Part shown: one piece after another, positions 19,904-30,603 of the stretch | Position numbering within the stretch: the first letter of the stretch is position 1 | Layout of the letters: each line of letters opens with the position of its first letter | Assembly (NCBI GenBank): GCA_965243395.1 | Contig: CBDEUS010000002.1 | Location: forward strand, 256,001 to 320,000 | Source of the DNA: Gammaproteobacteria bacterium | GTDB taxonomy: Bacteria > Pseudomonadota > Gammaproteobacteria > UBA4575 | DNA length: 64,000 bases | Direction of reading: 5' to 3' | Position numbers and translations under genes: made by a program | Notes under the pieces: model-generated | The model's database searches: none | What the model was told of the DNA's origin: nothing | The model's input: the letters and a program-made list of their open reading frames with translations, nothing else

Positions 19904-21987
19904 CATACCTGCCCGAACTCGATTGATTTTCCTAACCAACGCTGAATAACAGCATCCACATTATGCGGGTATTCTTCTAACAATTGTTTTGCGGTTTCCT
20001 GAACCAGAGGAATTAAATCTTGATCCCGCATGATATTCGCTATGCGTAACTGCAGCATGCCCGTTTGACGGGTTCCCAAGACCTCGCCAGGACCGCGAAT
20101 TTCTAAATCAACTTGCGCAATTTTAAAGCCGTCATTGGTATTGCGCATAGTATCAATACGAGTTTTAGCATTATCTGTAAGCGGAGGATCAAACACTAAA
20201 ACACAACTGCTTTCCTCTGTTCCTCTACCTACACGTCCACGTAGCTGATGCAATTGCGCCAAACCAAGACGTTCAGCATTTTCAATAATCATTAAACTTG
20301 CGTTAGGTACATCTACCCCAACTTCAATGACTGTTGTTGCAACTAACAAATCTATTTTTTTTGCTGAAAAATCTTGCATAACAGAATCTTTTTCTTTGCC
20401 TTTCATGCGTCCATGCACTAATCCGACTCTTACACCTCTTAATAATTGACTCAGCTCTCGAAACACATCTTCCGCAGCTTGGCATTGCAGAGCTTCAGAC
20501 TCTTCCACTAAAGTGCATACCCAATATGCTTGTTGTCCATTGCGACACGCATTGGCGACACGATTAACGACTTCCTGGCGACGCTCCATTGGGATGGCAA
20601 TAGTGCTGATCGGTTTCCTTCCAGGAGGTAATTCATCGATCACCGAATAATCTAAATCAGCATAAGCGGTCATGGCTAACGTCCTTGGAATAGGTGTTGC
20701 CGTCATAATAAGTTGATGCGGATGCATGCCTTCCTGAATTCCCTTTTCACGCAATGCTAATCGTTGGTGCACACCAAAACGGTGTTGCTCATCAATTACA
20801 ACTAAAGCCAAATTTTTAAACTCAACTCCATGTTGAAATAAAGCATGCGTACCCACAATGGCATTCGCTGTGCCTGTTGCAATTAGTTCTTTCATTTCAT
20901 TAGCTTTACTTGCTGTAAGTTTTCCGGACAGCCATGCAAGGCGAACGCCTAAGGGCTCAAGCCATTGTGAAAAATTTCGTAAGTGCTGCTCAGCTAAAAT
21001 TTCCGTAGGTGCCATCACAACGGCCTGATATCCTGCTTCGATAACTTGCAGACATGCTGCAATAGCAATCAAGGTTTTTCCGCTCCCTACATCCCCTTGT
21101 ACTAGTCGCAACATTGGTGAATCATTTTCCAAATCTGAGAATACTGTTTTGATGACTCTCTGTTGCGCCTCGGTGAGATCAAACCTCAGCCCATCCAATA
21201 ATTTTTTATAAAGCTGGCCTTTTGCTTGAATAGGCATGGCCGGTTGTTTTTGCATCTGGAGCCTTAACTTGGACAGACTCAGTTGCTGAGCTAACAGCTC
21301 TTCAAACGATAAACGCCGCTGCATAGCATGCTTGCCAGCGGCTAGTGCCTCCGTATCCGCTTCGGGTGGTGGGCGATGTACAAACTTCAAGGCTTCAACA
21401 ATGCAAACGGTTTGCCCGTCAATGAGTGGCGGTGTTGGGAGTAAATCTAGCTGTGGTGCATTATTTTTACTAATCCACTGCAAAGCTTGTGAGGTTAAGC
21501 GACGCAAACTGAGTTGGTGCAAGCCTTCTGTGGTGGCATATATGGGAGTTAAATGATCTTCAACTTTTGCAGGTTCATCCGGATGTAACAATTCATATTC
21601 AGGGTGCACCATTTCGGGCCCCTTAATTCCTTGGCGAATCTCTCCAAAACACCTTATTTTGCTACCCCGACTTAAATTCTCACGTTGGGTTTTATTGAAG
21701 TAAAAGAACCTTAATAAAACCCTGCCGGTACCGTCATCAACACTTACCAACAGCATACGTCGTTTGCGATATACCACTTCACTATGTTCAATATTACCGA
21801 TCACTACACATTCTTCACCTGCACGAAGTGCTGCAACAGGTCTAATGCGTGTGCGGTCTTGATAGCGAATAGGCAAATGAAACAACAAATCTTGTACGGT
21901 GTAGATTTGTATTTTTTGCAAGCGTTCTGCGACTTTAGGCCCCACACCCTTCAGTGCAGTAACCTCTGGGAAAGATTCTTTACTCAA
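19903..21987 (-). CDS. recG: ATP-dependent DNA helicase RecG
   Basis: LKGVGP, QGDVGSGKT, DEQHRFG, MTATPIPRT, QLHQLRGRVGRG, DLEIRGPGE. Confidence 0.98.
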   Translation of the reverse strand: MSKESFPEVTALKGVGPKVAERLQKIQIYTVQDLLFHLPIRYQDRTRIRPVAALRAGEECVVIGNIEHSEVVYRKRRMLLVSVDDGTGRVLLRFFYFNKTQRENLSRGSKIRCFGEIRQGIKGPEMVHPEYELLHPDEPAKVEDHLTPIYATTEGLHQLSLRRLTSQALQWISKNNAPQLDLLPTPPLIDGQTVCIVEALKFVHRPPPEADTEALAAGKHAMQRRLSFEELLAQQLSLSKLRLQMQKQPAMPIQAKGQLYKKLLDGLRFDLTEAQQRVIKTVFSDLENDSPMLRLVQGDVGSGKTLIAIAACLQVIEAGYQAVVMAPTEILAEQHLRNFSQWLEPLGVRLAWLSGKLTASKANEMKELIATGTANAIVGTHALFQHGVEFKNLALVVIDEQHRFGVHQRLALREKGIQEGMHPHQLIMTATPIPRTLAMTAYADLDYSVIDELPPGRKPISTIAIPMERRQEVVNRVANACRNGQQAYWVCTLVEESEALQCQAAEDVFRELSQLLRGVRVGLVHGRMKGKEKDSVMQDFSAKKIDLLVATTVIEVGVDVPNASLMIIENAERLGLAQLHQLRGRVGRGTEESSCVLVFDPPLTDNAKTRIDTMRNTNDGFKIAQVDLEIRGPGEVLGTRQTGMLQLRIANIMRDQDLIPLVQETAKQLLEEYPHNVDAVIQRWLGKSIEFGQV

Positions 21988-22026
21988 ATGTCGAATTGGA
22001 ATTATCTAGGAAATTTGTATGTTGAA

Positions 22027-22410
22027 TTAATCCAATTGCATAATGGCATCCATTTCTATATCAACACCTTTCGGCAACGATGCCACACCCACAGCAGCTC
22101 TTGCTGGATACGGTTCTGAGAAATGTTCTGCCATAACTTCGTTTACTAAAGGAAAATGACTAAGGTCTGTCAGGAAAATATTTAATTTTACAAATTTATC
22201 TAATGACCCGCCCGCGGCCTGCGCAACCGATTGTAAGTTTTCAAATACTCGATTTATTTGTACACGCATATCGCCCTCAATAACTTCCATAGAGACAGGA
22301 TCAAGTGGAATTTGACCAGAAAGATAAACCGTTTGATCTATTTTGATAGCTTGTGAATAGGTGCCGATTGCTTGAGGTGCTTTATCTGTTGCGATAATTT
22401 CACGACTCAT
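22027..22410 (-). CDS. ridA: RidA family reactive intermediate/imine deaminase
   Basis: [30 protein letters not shown]. Confidence 0.93.
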   Translation of the reverse strand: MSREIIATDKAPQAIGTYSQAIKIDQTVYLSGQIPLDPVSMEVIEGDMRVQINRVFENLQSVAQAAGGSLDKFVKLNIFLTDLSHFPLVNEVMAEHFSEPYPARAAVGVASLPKGVDIEMDAIMQLD

Positions 22411-22441
22411 TTTACTCTCCTTAGTGTTTTTTATTTTTTAA

Positions 22442-24622
22442 TTAATTACGTTTTACTTTATAAACCTGTGGAACATTTTTTATTGTGCGCATGATGCGGG
22501 CTAAATGAACACGATCTTTAACTGTAAGTAGTACGGTTAATGTAGTTGTTGAGCCTAACTTTTCATTAAATACAATATTTTCGATATTAGATCCTTCTTC
22601 TGAAATCGTCGTAGCTACCAATGCAAGCGCACCGGGTTCATTAGCAGTACGTACAGAAATTTCAGCAGTAAACTCTTTACTAATATCATTTGCCCAATAA
22701 ACATGAATCCATTTATCACGGCTTGTAGTTTTGCGTTTGGTGTTTTTACATTTGATGTGATGCACAACTAATCCCTTACCAGCGGTCATGATTCCTATAA
22801 TCGGATCACCAGGAATCGGATAGCAGCATTTACCAAACTTTACTACCATACCTTCCGTTCCACGTATGGCTAACGGATGTTTGCTTTCACTCTTGCGTCG
22901 TAACTTAATCCAGCTTCCTCGTAATGATTCAATATGTTTCGCAACAAAAGGTGCCATGCGGTCACCTAAACCAATTTCTGTAAACAATTGTTGCTCCGAG
23001 TCAAGCTGTAAATCTTTGAGTAGATTGCTTTGTTCACGACTGCTGATTTCTTGCCAAGATTTGTCATAACTTCGCAAGGCCTGATTGAGCAAGCGTTTAC
23101 CGAGCTCCGCTGCTTCACTCTTTTGTAGATTCTTAAGAAAACTGCGTATATTGGAACGCGCTTTAGCGGTTACAATAAAATTCAACCAGGCTGGATTAGG
23201 CCGACCACTCGGTGATGTGACAATTTCTACCGTTTGCCCATTTTGTAAGATAGTACTTAATGGTTCTAAACGACGATTTATTTTTGCCGCTACACATTGA
23301 TTACCAATATCCGTATGCACCGCATAGGCAAAATCAATGGTCGTTGAATTGATAGGCAACTCCATAATGTCCCCTGCAGGTGTAAACACATATATCTCAT
23401 CCCGATACAGATCAACTTTTACACTTTCTAGAAACTCTAAAGAACTACCTGAACGGTGCTGCATTTCAGAAACGGTATTTAACCACTCACGAGTACGTTT
23501 CTGTGGCGCATTCTGTTCATTGCTAGCAACTTTATACATCCAATGTGCTGCAATACCTGATTGTGCAACTTGATCCATTTCTTCGGAGCGGACTTGCACT
23601 TCTATAGGCATACCTTTAGGGCCAAATAGAATGGTATGCAAAGACTGATAAGCATTTTTTTTGGGAATTGCAATATAGTCTTTAAATTTACCTGGTACAG
23701 GTTTGTATAAGTTATGGATTACTCCAATTACACGATAACAAGTGTCTACGTCATCGACGATAATCCTAAAAGCAAACACATCAAACACTTCCGAAAACTG
23801 TAGCCGTTTTTCTTGCATTTTTCGATAAATGCTGAAGATGTTTTTTTCACGCCCAATTATTCGACTAACAATATTTGCTTGCTCTAATCGCTCACAAATA
23901 TTCTTTTCAACTTCCTGGATTAATGCATCCCGGTTAATATTATTTCGCCGAATGGCATCCTTGAGAACTCTATAGCGCAGTGGCCACAAGTATTTAAACG
24001 ATAGTGCTTCTAATTCAACGCGTAAATCATGCATACCTAATCGCAATGCAATGGGCGCATAGATATCCAATGTTTCACGTGCGATACGTTTACGTTTTTT
24101 TTCCGGCATCACTTCAATCGTGCGCATATTATGTAAACGATCTGCGAGCTTTATAATGATTACTCGCACATCCTTCACCATGGCGAGCATCATTTTGCGA
24201 AAATTTTCTGCCTGCGCTTCAAGTTTTGACTCAAACTCAAGATGAGTAAGTTTGCTGACACCATCGACCAGTTCAGCCACATCATTACCAAACTCTAGTT
24301 TCACCTGCTCTTTTGCTGTTTCAGTATCTTCGATTACATCGTGCAGAATAGCTGCCTGTATAGTTTGTGCATCCATATGCATTTCTGTTAAGACTTTAGC
24401 TACGGAAAGCGGATGATATATATATGGTTCGCCCGTCAATCGCGTTTGACCTTCATGTGCACTAGCACTGAAAAGATATGCTTTATAAATTTTCTTTACT
24501 TGCTCTGGCGGTAAGTAGTTATCAAGCAACGCACATAAATCGCCAATTAAAAAACGCGAAGACTGCTTACTGGGAATGTTAGCTCCAGTAGTCTGATGAT
24601 TTGACTCAGCGACAGAGGCCAT
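22442..24622 (-). CDS. spoT: bifunctional (p)ppGpp synthetase/hydrolase
   Basis: Intact HDVIED hydrolase motif, KLADRLHNMRT, YQSLHT, TGS and ACT domains; follows rpoZ. Confidence 0.97.
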   Translation of the reverse strand: MASVAESNHQTTGANIPSKQSSRFLIGDLCALLDNYLPPEQVKKIYKAYLFSASAHEGQTRLTGEPYIYHPLSVAKVLTEMHMDAQTIQAAILHDVIEDTETAKEQVKLEFGNDVAELVDGVSKLTHLEFESKLEAQAENFRKMMLAMVKDVRVIIIKLADRLHNMRTIEVMPEKKRKRIARETLDIYAPIALRLGMHDLRVELEALSFKYLWPLRYRVLKDAIRRNNINRDALIQEVEKNICERLEQANIVSRIIGREKNIFSIYRKMQEKRLQFSEVFDVFAFRIIVDDVDTCYRVIGVIHNLYKPVPGKFKDYIAIPKKNAYQSLHTILFGPKGMPIEVQVRSEEMDQVAQSGIAAHWMYKVASNEQNAPQKRTREWLNTVSEMQHRSGSSLEFLESVKVDLYRDEIYVFTPAGDIMELPINSTTIDFAYAVHTDIGNQCVAAKINRRLEPLSTILQNGQTVEIVTSPSGRPNPAWLNFIVTAKARSNIRSFLKNLQKSEAAELGKRLLNQALRSYDKSWQEISSREQSNLLKDLQLDSEQQLFTEIGLGDRMAPFVAKHIESLRGSWIKLRRKSESKHPLAIRGTEGMVVKFGKCCYPIPGDPIIGIMTAGKGLVVHHIKCKNTKRKTTSRDKWIHVYWANDISKEFTAEISVRTANEPGALALVATTISEEGSNIENIVFNEKLGSTTTLTVLLTVKDRVHLARIMRTIKNVPQVYKVKRN

Positions 24623-24657
24623 ATTTATTTGCCGCTGTGAGAAGTGCCTACCCTAGT

Positions 24658-25233
24658 TTATAGATCTCCATCCGTAGACGTATCAGAACTTGGAAGTGGA
24701 ATTCCATAGTCACTGGATGGGTCATTAGATGTATCACTAGGTGGTTCATCCGTTGAAGGAATTTCTGGAGTTGCCGGAGGGGTGTCTGAACTCGCGGCAA
24801 GTTCTTTTGCAAGTAAAGATTCCATTGATTCCATCGCTGGAGGTTCTGCTGGTGTTTCGGCAGGAGTGCTACTAAACGGATTACTTATTTGTTCTTGCTG
24901 AGGTGGTTCGCTTGGTTGACTCGCAAGCTGTCCTTCTGGAGCAGGTTGGTTAAGTTCACGACTGATCTCAGCATGGAGTGCAGCAGCAAGATCATCTTCA
25001 TCAAATGGGAGATCTTCCTCTACTGGTTCAGCTAACGCTGCCTGCATCATTTCTTCGTTAACTAGACCAAGCTCAATTTCACGTAATGCAACGACGGTAG
25101 GTTTATCATTTTCCCATTCAACTAATGGCTCAGTGCCCATAGAAAGTTGACGTGCTCGCTTACTTGCTAACAACACTAATTTAAAGCGGTTTTCTACATG
25201 CTCAAGGCAATCTTCTACCGTAACGCGGGCCAT
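24658..25233 (-). CDS. rpoZ: RNA polymerase omega subunit with long acidic C-terminal extension
   Basis: [37 protein letters not shown]; gmk-rpoZ-spoT synteny. Confidence 0.96.
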   Translation of the reverse strand: MARVTVEDCLEHVENRFKLVLLASKRARQLSMGTEPLVEWENDKPTVVALREIELGLVNEEMMQAALAEPVEEDLPFDEDDLAAALHAEISRELNQPAPEGQLASQPSEPPQQEQISNPFSSTPAETPAEPPAMESMESLLAKELAASSDTPPATPEIPSTDEPPSDTSNDPSSDYGIPLPSSDTSTDGDL

Positions 25234-25305
25234 AAATAGATACTCCTAAATATTCAAATAATCACAATTTAGCCGAGTGAGTTTAGCGAATTTGCTTGTC
25301 AGCAT

Positions 25306-25977
<672 letters not shown>

Positions 25978-25988
25978 TTAAATCATAC

Positions 25989-26023
25989 ACAAAAGAAAAT
26001 GGCTCCGCATAGCGAAGCCATTT
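25989..26023 (-). terminator. intrinsic terminator after OmpA-family gene
   Basis: Minus strand aaatggcttcgc-tat-gcggagccattt followed by T-rich tail. Confidence 0.8.
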
Positions 26024-26042
26024 AAAGTAATCTATTTTTTAA

Positions 26043-26720
26043 TTAACTATTGGTAAGAGGGACTAGAGCAATCTCAACTCTTCGATTTAGACTACGGCCA
26101 TTTGCATCATCATTACTCGCAACTGGATAATCTTCACCATAACCATATGTCGCAAGACGAAGCGGTTGAATTTCTCTACTTTGAAAATATTGAGAAACTG
26201 CATTTGCGCGTTTTTCAGAGAGTCTCTGATTGTATTCATTAGACCCCGTGCTATCAGTATGGCCCATGACTTCAACGAGTGTTTTATCAAATTCATCCAC
26301 AACTATCGTGACAGAATCTAAAACTGCAAAGAAATCACCATTAATATCTGCACTATCTGTAGCAAATGTAACATTGCCTGGCATATTTAAAATAATATTA
26401 TCGCCATCACGTGTAACACTTACGCCTGTGCCAGAAAGTTTTTGTCGCAGCTTCGCTTCCTGCACATCCATATAATAACCCACTGCACCACCTGCTAATG
26501 CACCTACACCTGCACCAATTAATGCATGTTTACGACGTTCACGACTATCATCGCCAGTAATTAAACCAACGACTGCACCTGTTGCCGCTCCTGCTCCAGC
26601 ACCGATAACAGCTTTGCTTGTTTGTTTTTCACCTGTATATGGATTGATAGTAGTACAGGCAGAAAGCCCCACTAAAATCATAATGAGTCCTACAATATTT
26701 GCTTTAGATAATATTTTCAT
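26043..26720 (-). CDS. OmpA-family lipoprotein with glycine zipper (YiaD-like)
   Basis: Lipobox LSAC, glycine zipper, GHTDSTG, NQRLSEKRA, NRRVEI; GGAGG before ATG 26720. Confidence 0.9.
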   Translation of the reverse strand: MKILSKANIVGLIMILVGLSACTTINPYTGEKQTSKAVIGAGAGAATGAVVGLITGDDSRERRKHALIGAGVGALAGGAVGYYMDVQEAKLRQKLSGTGVSVTRDGDNIILNMPGNVTFATDSADINGDFFAVLDSVTIVVDEFDKTLVEVMGHTDSTGSNEYNQRLSEKRANAVSQYFQSREIQPLRLATYGYGEDYPVASNDDANGRSLNRRVEIALVPLTNS

Positions 26721-27102
26721 TATCGCCTCCTTTTGCAAACAACTCTTACGAGCCGATTTACTTTAAATTAGTAAATCTTTCCTCTGGTGTTAAGTTGACC
26801 CTATTTACTAAGACATTAACTCATTTTCTAGGTTCAGAGATTTATAGATTATTATCTCGCAGCTGGTCGTAAATAATTGCCATTCATAGATCCATATATC
26901 GGCCTTTATCTGCCATGTATCTACTGCCTTTTTTGGATGGTTTAACATGTCTGCAAATGACGTCAAAATATTCTAAGGAATTTAATTTAAAGAAGTTTTT
27001 TGTGCTCAGGGCGATATTTCTGTAGCCAGAACGCCTTAATAGATAAGTATCGCTTAGAAAAATAATGATAAGTATTTAGAACATAAATTTAATCGTTTAT
27101 AC

Positions 27103-27696
27103 ATGCAACAAAACCTAATAACTAAAATACGTGAGTATCTACCGGAAATTGATGTTAATGCATTAAGTTTCGATATCGATGAACATCCTTACGAAAATGA
27201 TTTAGACCAGTCTATCGAGAATATTAAGATTTGGTCTCATACCGTTTTGGAAAAAGCTAAGCTTCCAATAGCCGTGTCAGAAGCAAAAGCGTTAACAACC
27301 AAATATGGCCTGGAAACAAATGAAGGATGTGCATTACAAATGGTGGTTGAATTAGATGCAGTAAATAAATCCATTGAAAATAAAGATGCATCGACGGCAG
27401 CACTTGCAAGCATGAAATTATTTGAAGCCGTTTGGCACAGCTCGATTCTTAGAGATGCTAATGACAGCGGTATACACAAAACATCTAAAAAAGAAGCTAA
27501 AGCTTCTGACGCAACACCAAATAAAATTTCAGATAAAAAATCTCCTGATCAAAAGCTAAAGCACTATCAAAAAACTATTAATGATTTAAGAGACAAATAC
27601 CCACACTGTAATGTGAATGCATTGCGATTATTAGCTGCCACGCGTCTAAACGTATCCAAACAAGAATTAGACGATCTTGAAATATCCCCACAATAA
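27103..27696 (+). CDS. hypothetical protein, paralogue A, C-terminal HTH-like domain
   Basis: 197 aa ORF; alignable to the downstream ORF in two blocks. Confidence 0.75.
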   Translation: MQQNLITKIREYLPEIDVNALSFDIDEHPYENDLDQSIENIKIWSHTVLEKAKLPIAVSEAKALTTKYGLETNEGCALQMVVELDAVNKSIENKDASTAALASMKLFEAVWHSSILRDANDSGIHKTSKKEAKASDATPNKISDKKSPDQKLKHYQKTINDLRDKYPHCNVNALRLLAATRLNVSKQELDDLEISPQ

Positions 27697-27714
27697 TTTT
27701 TAAAGTAACTGATA

Positions 27715-28899
27715 GTGCCAGCACCAAATCATAATGACGACTTATTCAGCGCTTCTTTAGAATCGTTATCAACGAGTAAGCGTGTTGACAAGTTTCAACG
27801 TTTCAAAAATGACTATCTTCGTGAGTGTAATGCAACATTAAATAATGCTCAGGAATGGATAAAAGCTGAGCTTCCTATTGTTACAGACTATATTGACCCT
27901 GCACTTATCAAGGATGAACTAAGACAATCAAAAACCTCTGATCGACGCAAATATTTATTATCCGCTTTGTTGCTCGAAAAAAGTCTAAGAGATTCTATAG
28001 ATAACAATGATGCAAAGAAGGCTGCAGTCATGGCCATGCATATGGTAAATAATATGTGGCTTGCAAAAGTAGAATTACATGGTTTACAACCTATGGATTC
28101 TACTATACAAAAAATTAAACACTCTGGAATAGACACTCATAATGATGCACGTGAAAAAATTCTTACGTCGTTAATTGAAAAAAGTGAAAAACTAAACAAA
28201 GAATCACAAATTCAAGAAAAGAATGCTCCTTCTAAGCAACCGCCAAAGAAAAGTACCAAACCAGCAAAGAAACCTAAGACACCAAATAAGAAGAAGGTAG
28301 ACACTTGGGCTGAGGAAGTAGAACAGGATAAAAAAAGAAAACTGGCTGCACTTGCTAAAAAGAGTGAATTAAAGAATCTATCTAAGAAAAAAGCTGCGAG
28401 CGTATTATCTAAAGTTAAAACTAAATTACCTTTAATTAAAAAAGGTAAAAAAAGCTCAACTAAACTTACTGATAATCAGGTCGACGATAGTAATCAAACA
28501 TTTAATGAAGAATTATTAGATGATCCTAACCGATCATCAATTATGGTAAGTCCGGGGTTTATTGAAAATATTGATGATTCAATTATTAAAGCACGTGAAG
28601 AAGTCTTTAAAGACCCAAATGCATCTGGCGTCAAAGTTCATAAACTTTTAAAAAAGCGTGAACATGAAAAACAAGAGCCGGGCTCAAATACTATCATTAT
28701 GAAATTGTCTTCAAGTTCAGGTAAAAAATCTGGAGCCAAGTTATCCATACCTGAACAATGCCAAGAGGCTATTAATATACTTACTGAGCAATTCCCAGGC
28801 TATGATATGGTTGCGATACGAAATATGGCAGCTGAGAAAGTGGGTGTATCGCCACAATATATTGAAAACTTGAATATTCTTCCTGAGAAAGCGGGTTAA
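27715..28899 (+). CDS. hypothetical protein, paralogue B, Lys-rich linker and C-terminal HTH-like domain
   Basis: 394 aa ORF with GTG start 18 nt after paralogue A. Confidence 0.75.
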   Translation: MPAPNHNDDLFSASLESLSTSKRVDKFQRFKNDYLRECNATLNNAQEWIKAELPIVTDYIDPALIKDELRQSKTSDRRKYLLSALLLEKSLRDSIDNNDAKKAAVMAMHMVNNMWLAKVELHGLQPMDSTIQKIKHSGIDTHNDAREKILTSLIEKSEKLNKESQIQEKNAPSKQPPKKSTKPAKKPKTPNKKKVDTWAEEVEQDKKRKLAALAKKSELKNLSKKKAASVLSKVKTKLPLIKKGKKSSTKLTDNQVDDSNQTFNEELLDDPNRSSIMVSPGFIENIDDSIIKAREEVFKDPNASGVKVHKLLKKREHEKQEPGSNTIIMKLSSSSGKKSGAKLSIPEQCQEAINILTEQFPGYDMVAIRNMAAEKVGVSPQYIENLNILPEKAG

Positions 28900-28905
28900 G
28901 CACTT

Positions 28906-30207
28906 TTATTGAGTCACAGGATTAGCGTATTGGAAGGCATGATCCCAAATATAATCTAATATATATTTTGCGGTTTCTATATCACACGCTTGAAAATCCC
29001 CATCTGATAATTTTTCAACTAAAGCTTTTTCCTCACCGTTAGGCATACGCGCGCTAAGATCTTGCAATTGCTGCAATGATCGATGCACATCAATATCTGT
29101 ATTAACTGAAAACTCTCTTTCTACCCAGGCATTAACCATTTTTTGCACTCGTTCTTGATTAAAAGAATGATCCTCGGCCAGCATTAATGCATAAATCAAA
29201 ATGGCTTCTTTACTTTGTTCCTCTTCTGCAGTATCCACAATTGCATTTAAAGTTCCCTGACAAATATCTAAGCTTTTGAAAAATAATACATCGGTTACTT
29301 TCTTTAAAAACTCTAATCGTTTGCTTTTATATTTAACATATTGACGTACAGCAAAGCCGCCTAAAGCCAATGAGGTTGAAAGCACTGCAACTAAAAGCGG
29401 GTATACTGCCTTGGCATCACTAATATCAACGTCAAATTTACCGCCTAGATTCCACCCAAATACAAGCAATGCAATTGCACCAATTAATAATCCTATGCTT
29501 GGTAAAACTTTTATAACCATTGGTATTGCCGCGCCTAAAGCAGGCACACCTAACAAAAGTTTGTCTTTTAAGTTCATACTAATTTTAACATTAGGAAATA
29601 GTAGCTCTAGGTCATAGTGAGGGATATTTTTATATAAATACAAATAGACCTTTCCAGGAATGAAATTTAATTTCTCTTTATTATTTTTTTTCGTATCAAA
29701 ATAATCTTGATCTTTCATATGTAATAAAACGGCTACTCGATCATAATTTTCAAAAGTTATTTTCTTTTTTCTAAAAAAACGCTTTACAGTTACTTCTTTA
29801 GTACTACTACCTCGATAAAACATCTTCACTTGCTTATAATCATTTAGCTCTACTTTTGTATTTACTGGCACAAGTGAAAAAGCAGAAAATGCCTTCTCAA
29901 TATCTTTTTGCTGCAATTGATGAAAATTGGCGTCACGTAATGTACTGCTGAATGTTTCAGCTAATATTTCAGCTTGGAGCTTTTTATCTTCTTCATTTAA
30001 TTTCGGATAAACAGGAATTTCTAAGTTAGGATTGAAATGCGAATAGGCTTGTTTCATTTGCTCCAATTTGCTTTGCGTAACAAAGTGGATATACGCATTT
30101 AGAATTTCAGCAAATGCATAAAATTGCTGTTTTTGATTTGTACTCAAACCTGCATGATCCACGCACTTATTTATCAATACATGTCGACTACAGGGTATAT
30201 GCTGCAT
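28906..30207 (-). CDS. TMEM143/DUF3754-like membrane protein
   Basis: YKNIPxxDLELLFPN, two TMs, LFFK, AEEEQSKEAILIY pattern. Confidence 0.75.
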   Translation of the reverse strand: MQHIPCSRHVLINKCVDHAGLSTNQKQQFYAFAEILNAYIHFVTQSKLEQMKQAYSHFNPNLEIPVYPKLNEEDKKLQAEILAETFSSTLRDANFHQLQQKDIEKAFSAFSLVPVNTKVELNDYKQVKMFYRGSSTKEVTVKRFFRKKKITFENYDRVAVLLHMKDQDYFDTKKNNKEKLNFIPGKVYLYLYKNIPHYDLELLFPNVKISMNLKDKLLLGVPALGAAIPMVIKVLPSIGLLIGAIALLVFGWNLGGKFDVDISDAKAVYPLLVAVLSTSLALGGFAVRQYVKYKSKRLEFLKKVTDVLFFKSLDICQGTLNAIVDTAEEEQSKEAILIYALMLAEDHSFNQERVQKMVNAWVEREFSVNTDIDVHRSLQQLQDLSARMPNGEEKALVEKLSDGDFQACDIETAKYILDYIWDHAFQYANPVTQ

Positions 30208-30242
30208 GTTATGCTAATTCGTTTAAATAAAAGTAAATTCAG

Positions 30243-30274
30243 AAACAAAAACGCCTAGAGTGAATCTAGGCGTT
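30243..30274 (-). terminator. intrinsic terminator after GlsB-family gene
   Basis: Minus strand aacgcctaga-ttcac-tctaggcgtt plus T-tract. Confidence 0.8.
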
Positions 30275-30304
30275 ATATTTAAAATATTAGACAATAGATA
30301 TTAG

Positions 30305-30553
30305 TTATTTTTTTATCATTCGATAAAGAAATAGTAATACCAGTGAGCCGGCAACAGCAATTACAAGACTTATTAAGTTGAAACCTGTGACCGTTCCAAA
30401 CCCTAATAAAGTACTAATATAACCGCCCACAAAGGCACCAGCAATTCCAAGCAAAATAGTCACAATGATTCCACCAGGATCCTTGCCTGGCATAATCAAC
30501 TTTGCTATCGCACCCACAACGCCGCCCAAGACGATCCAAGTTAGAATTCCCAT
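30305..30553 (-). CDS. GlsB/YeaQ/YmgE family stress-response membrane protein
   Basis: WIVLG..GAIAKLIMPGKDPGG..TILLGIAGAFVGG. Confidence 0.92.
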   Translation of the reverse strand: MGILTWIVLGGVVGAIAKLIMPGKDPGGIIVTILLGIAGAFVGGYISTLLGFGTVTGFNLISLVIAVAGSLVLLFLYRMIKK

Positions 30554-30603
30554 AGCTTCTCCTTACTTATTATTTTTATAGTTAAGCTATTTTTATATCT
30601 TAA

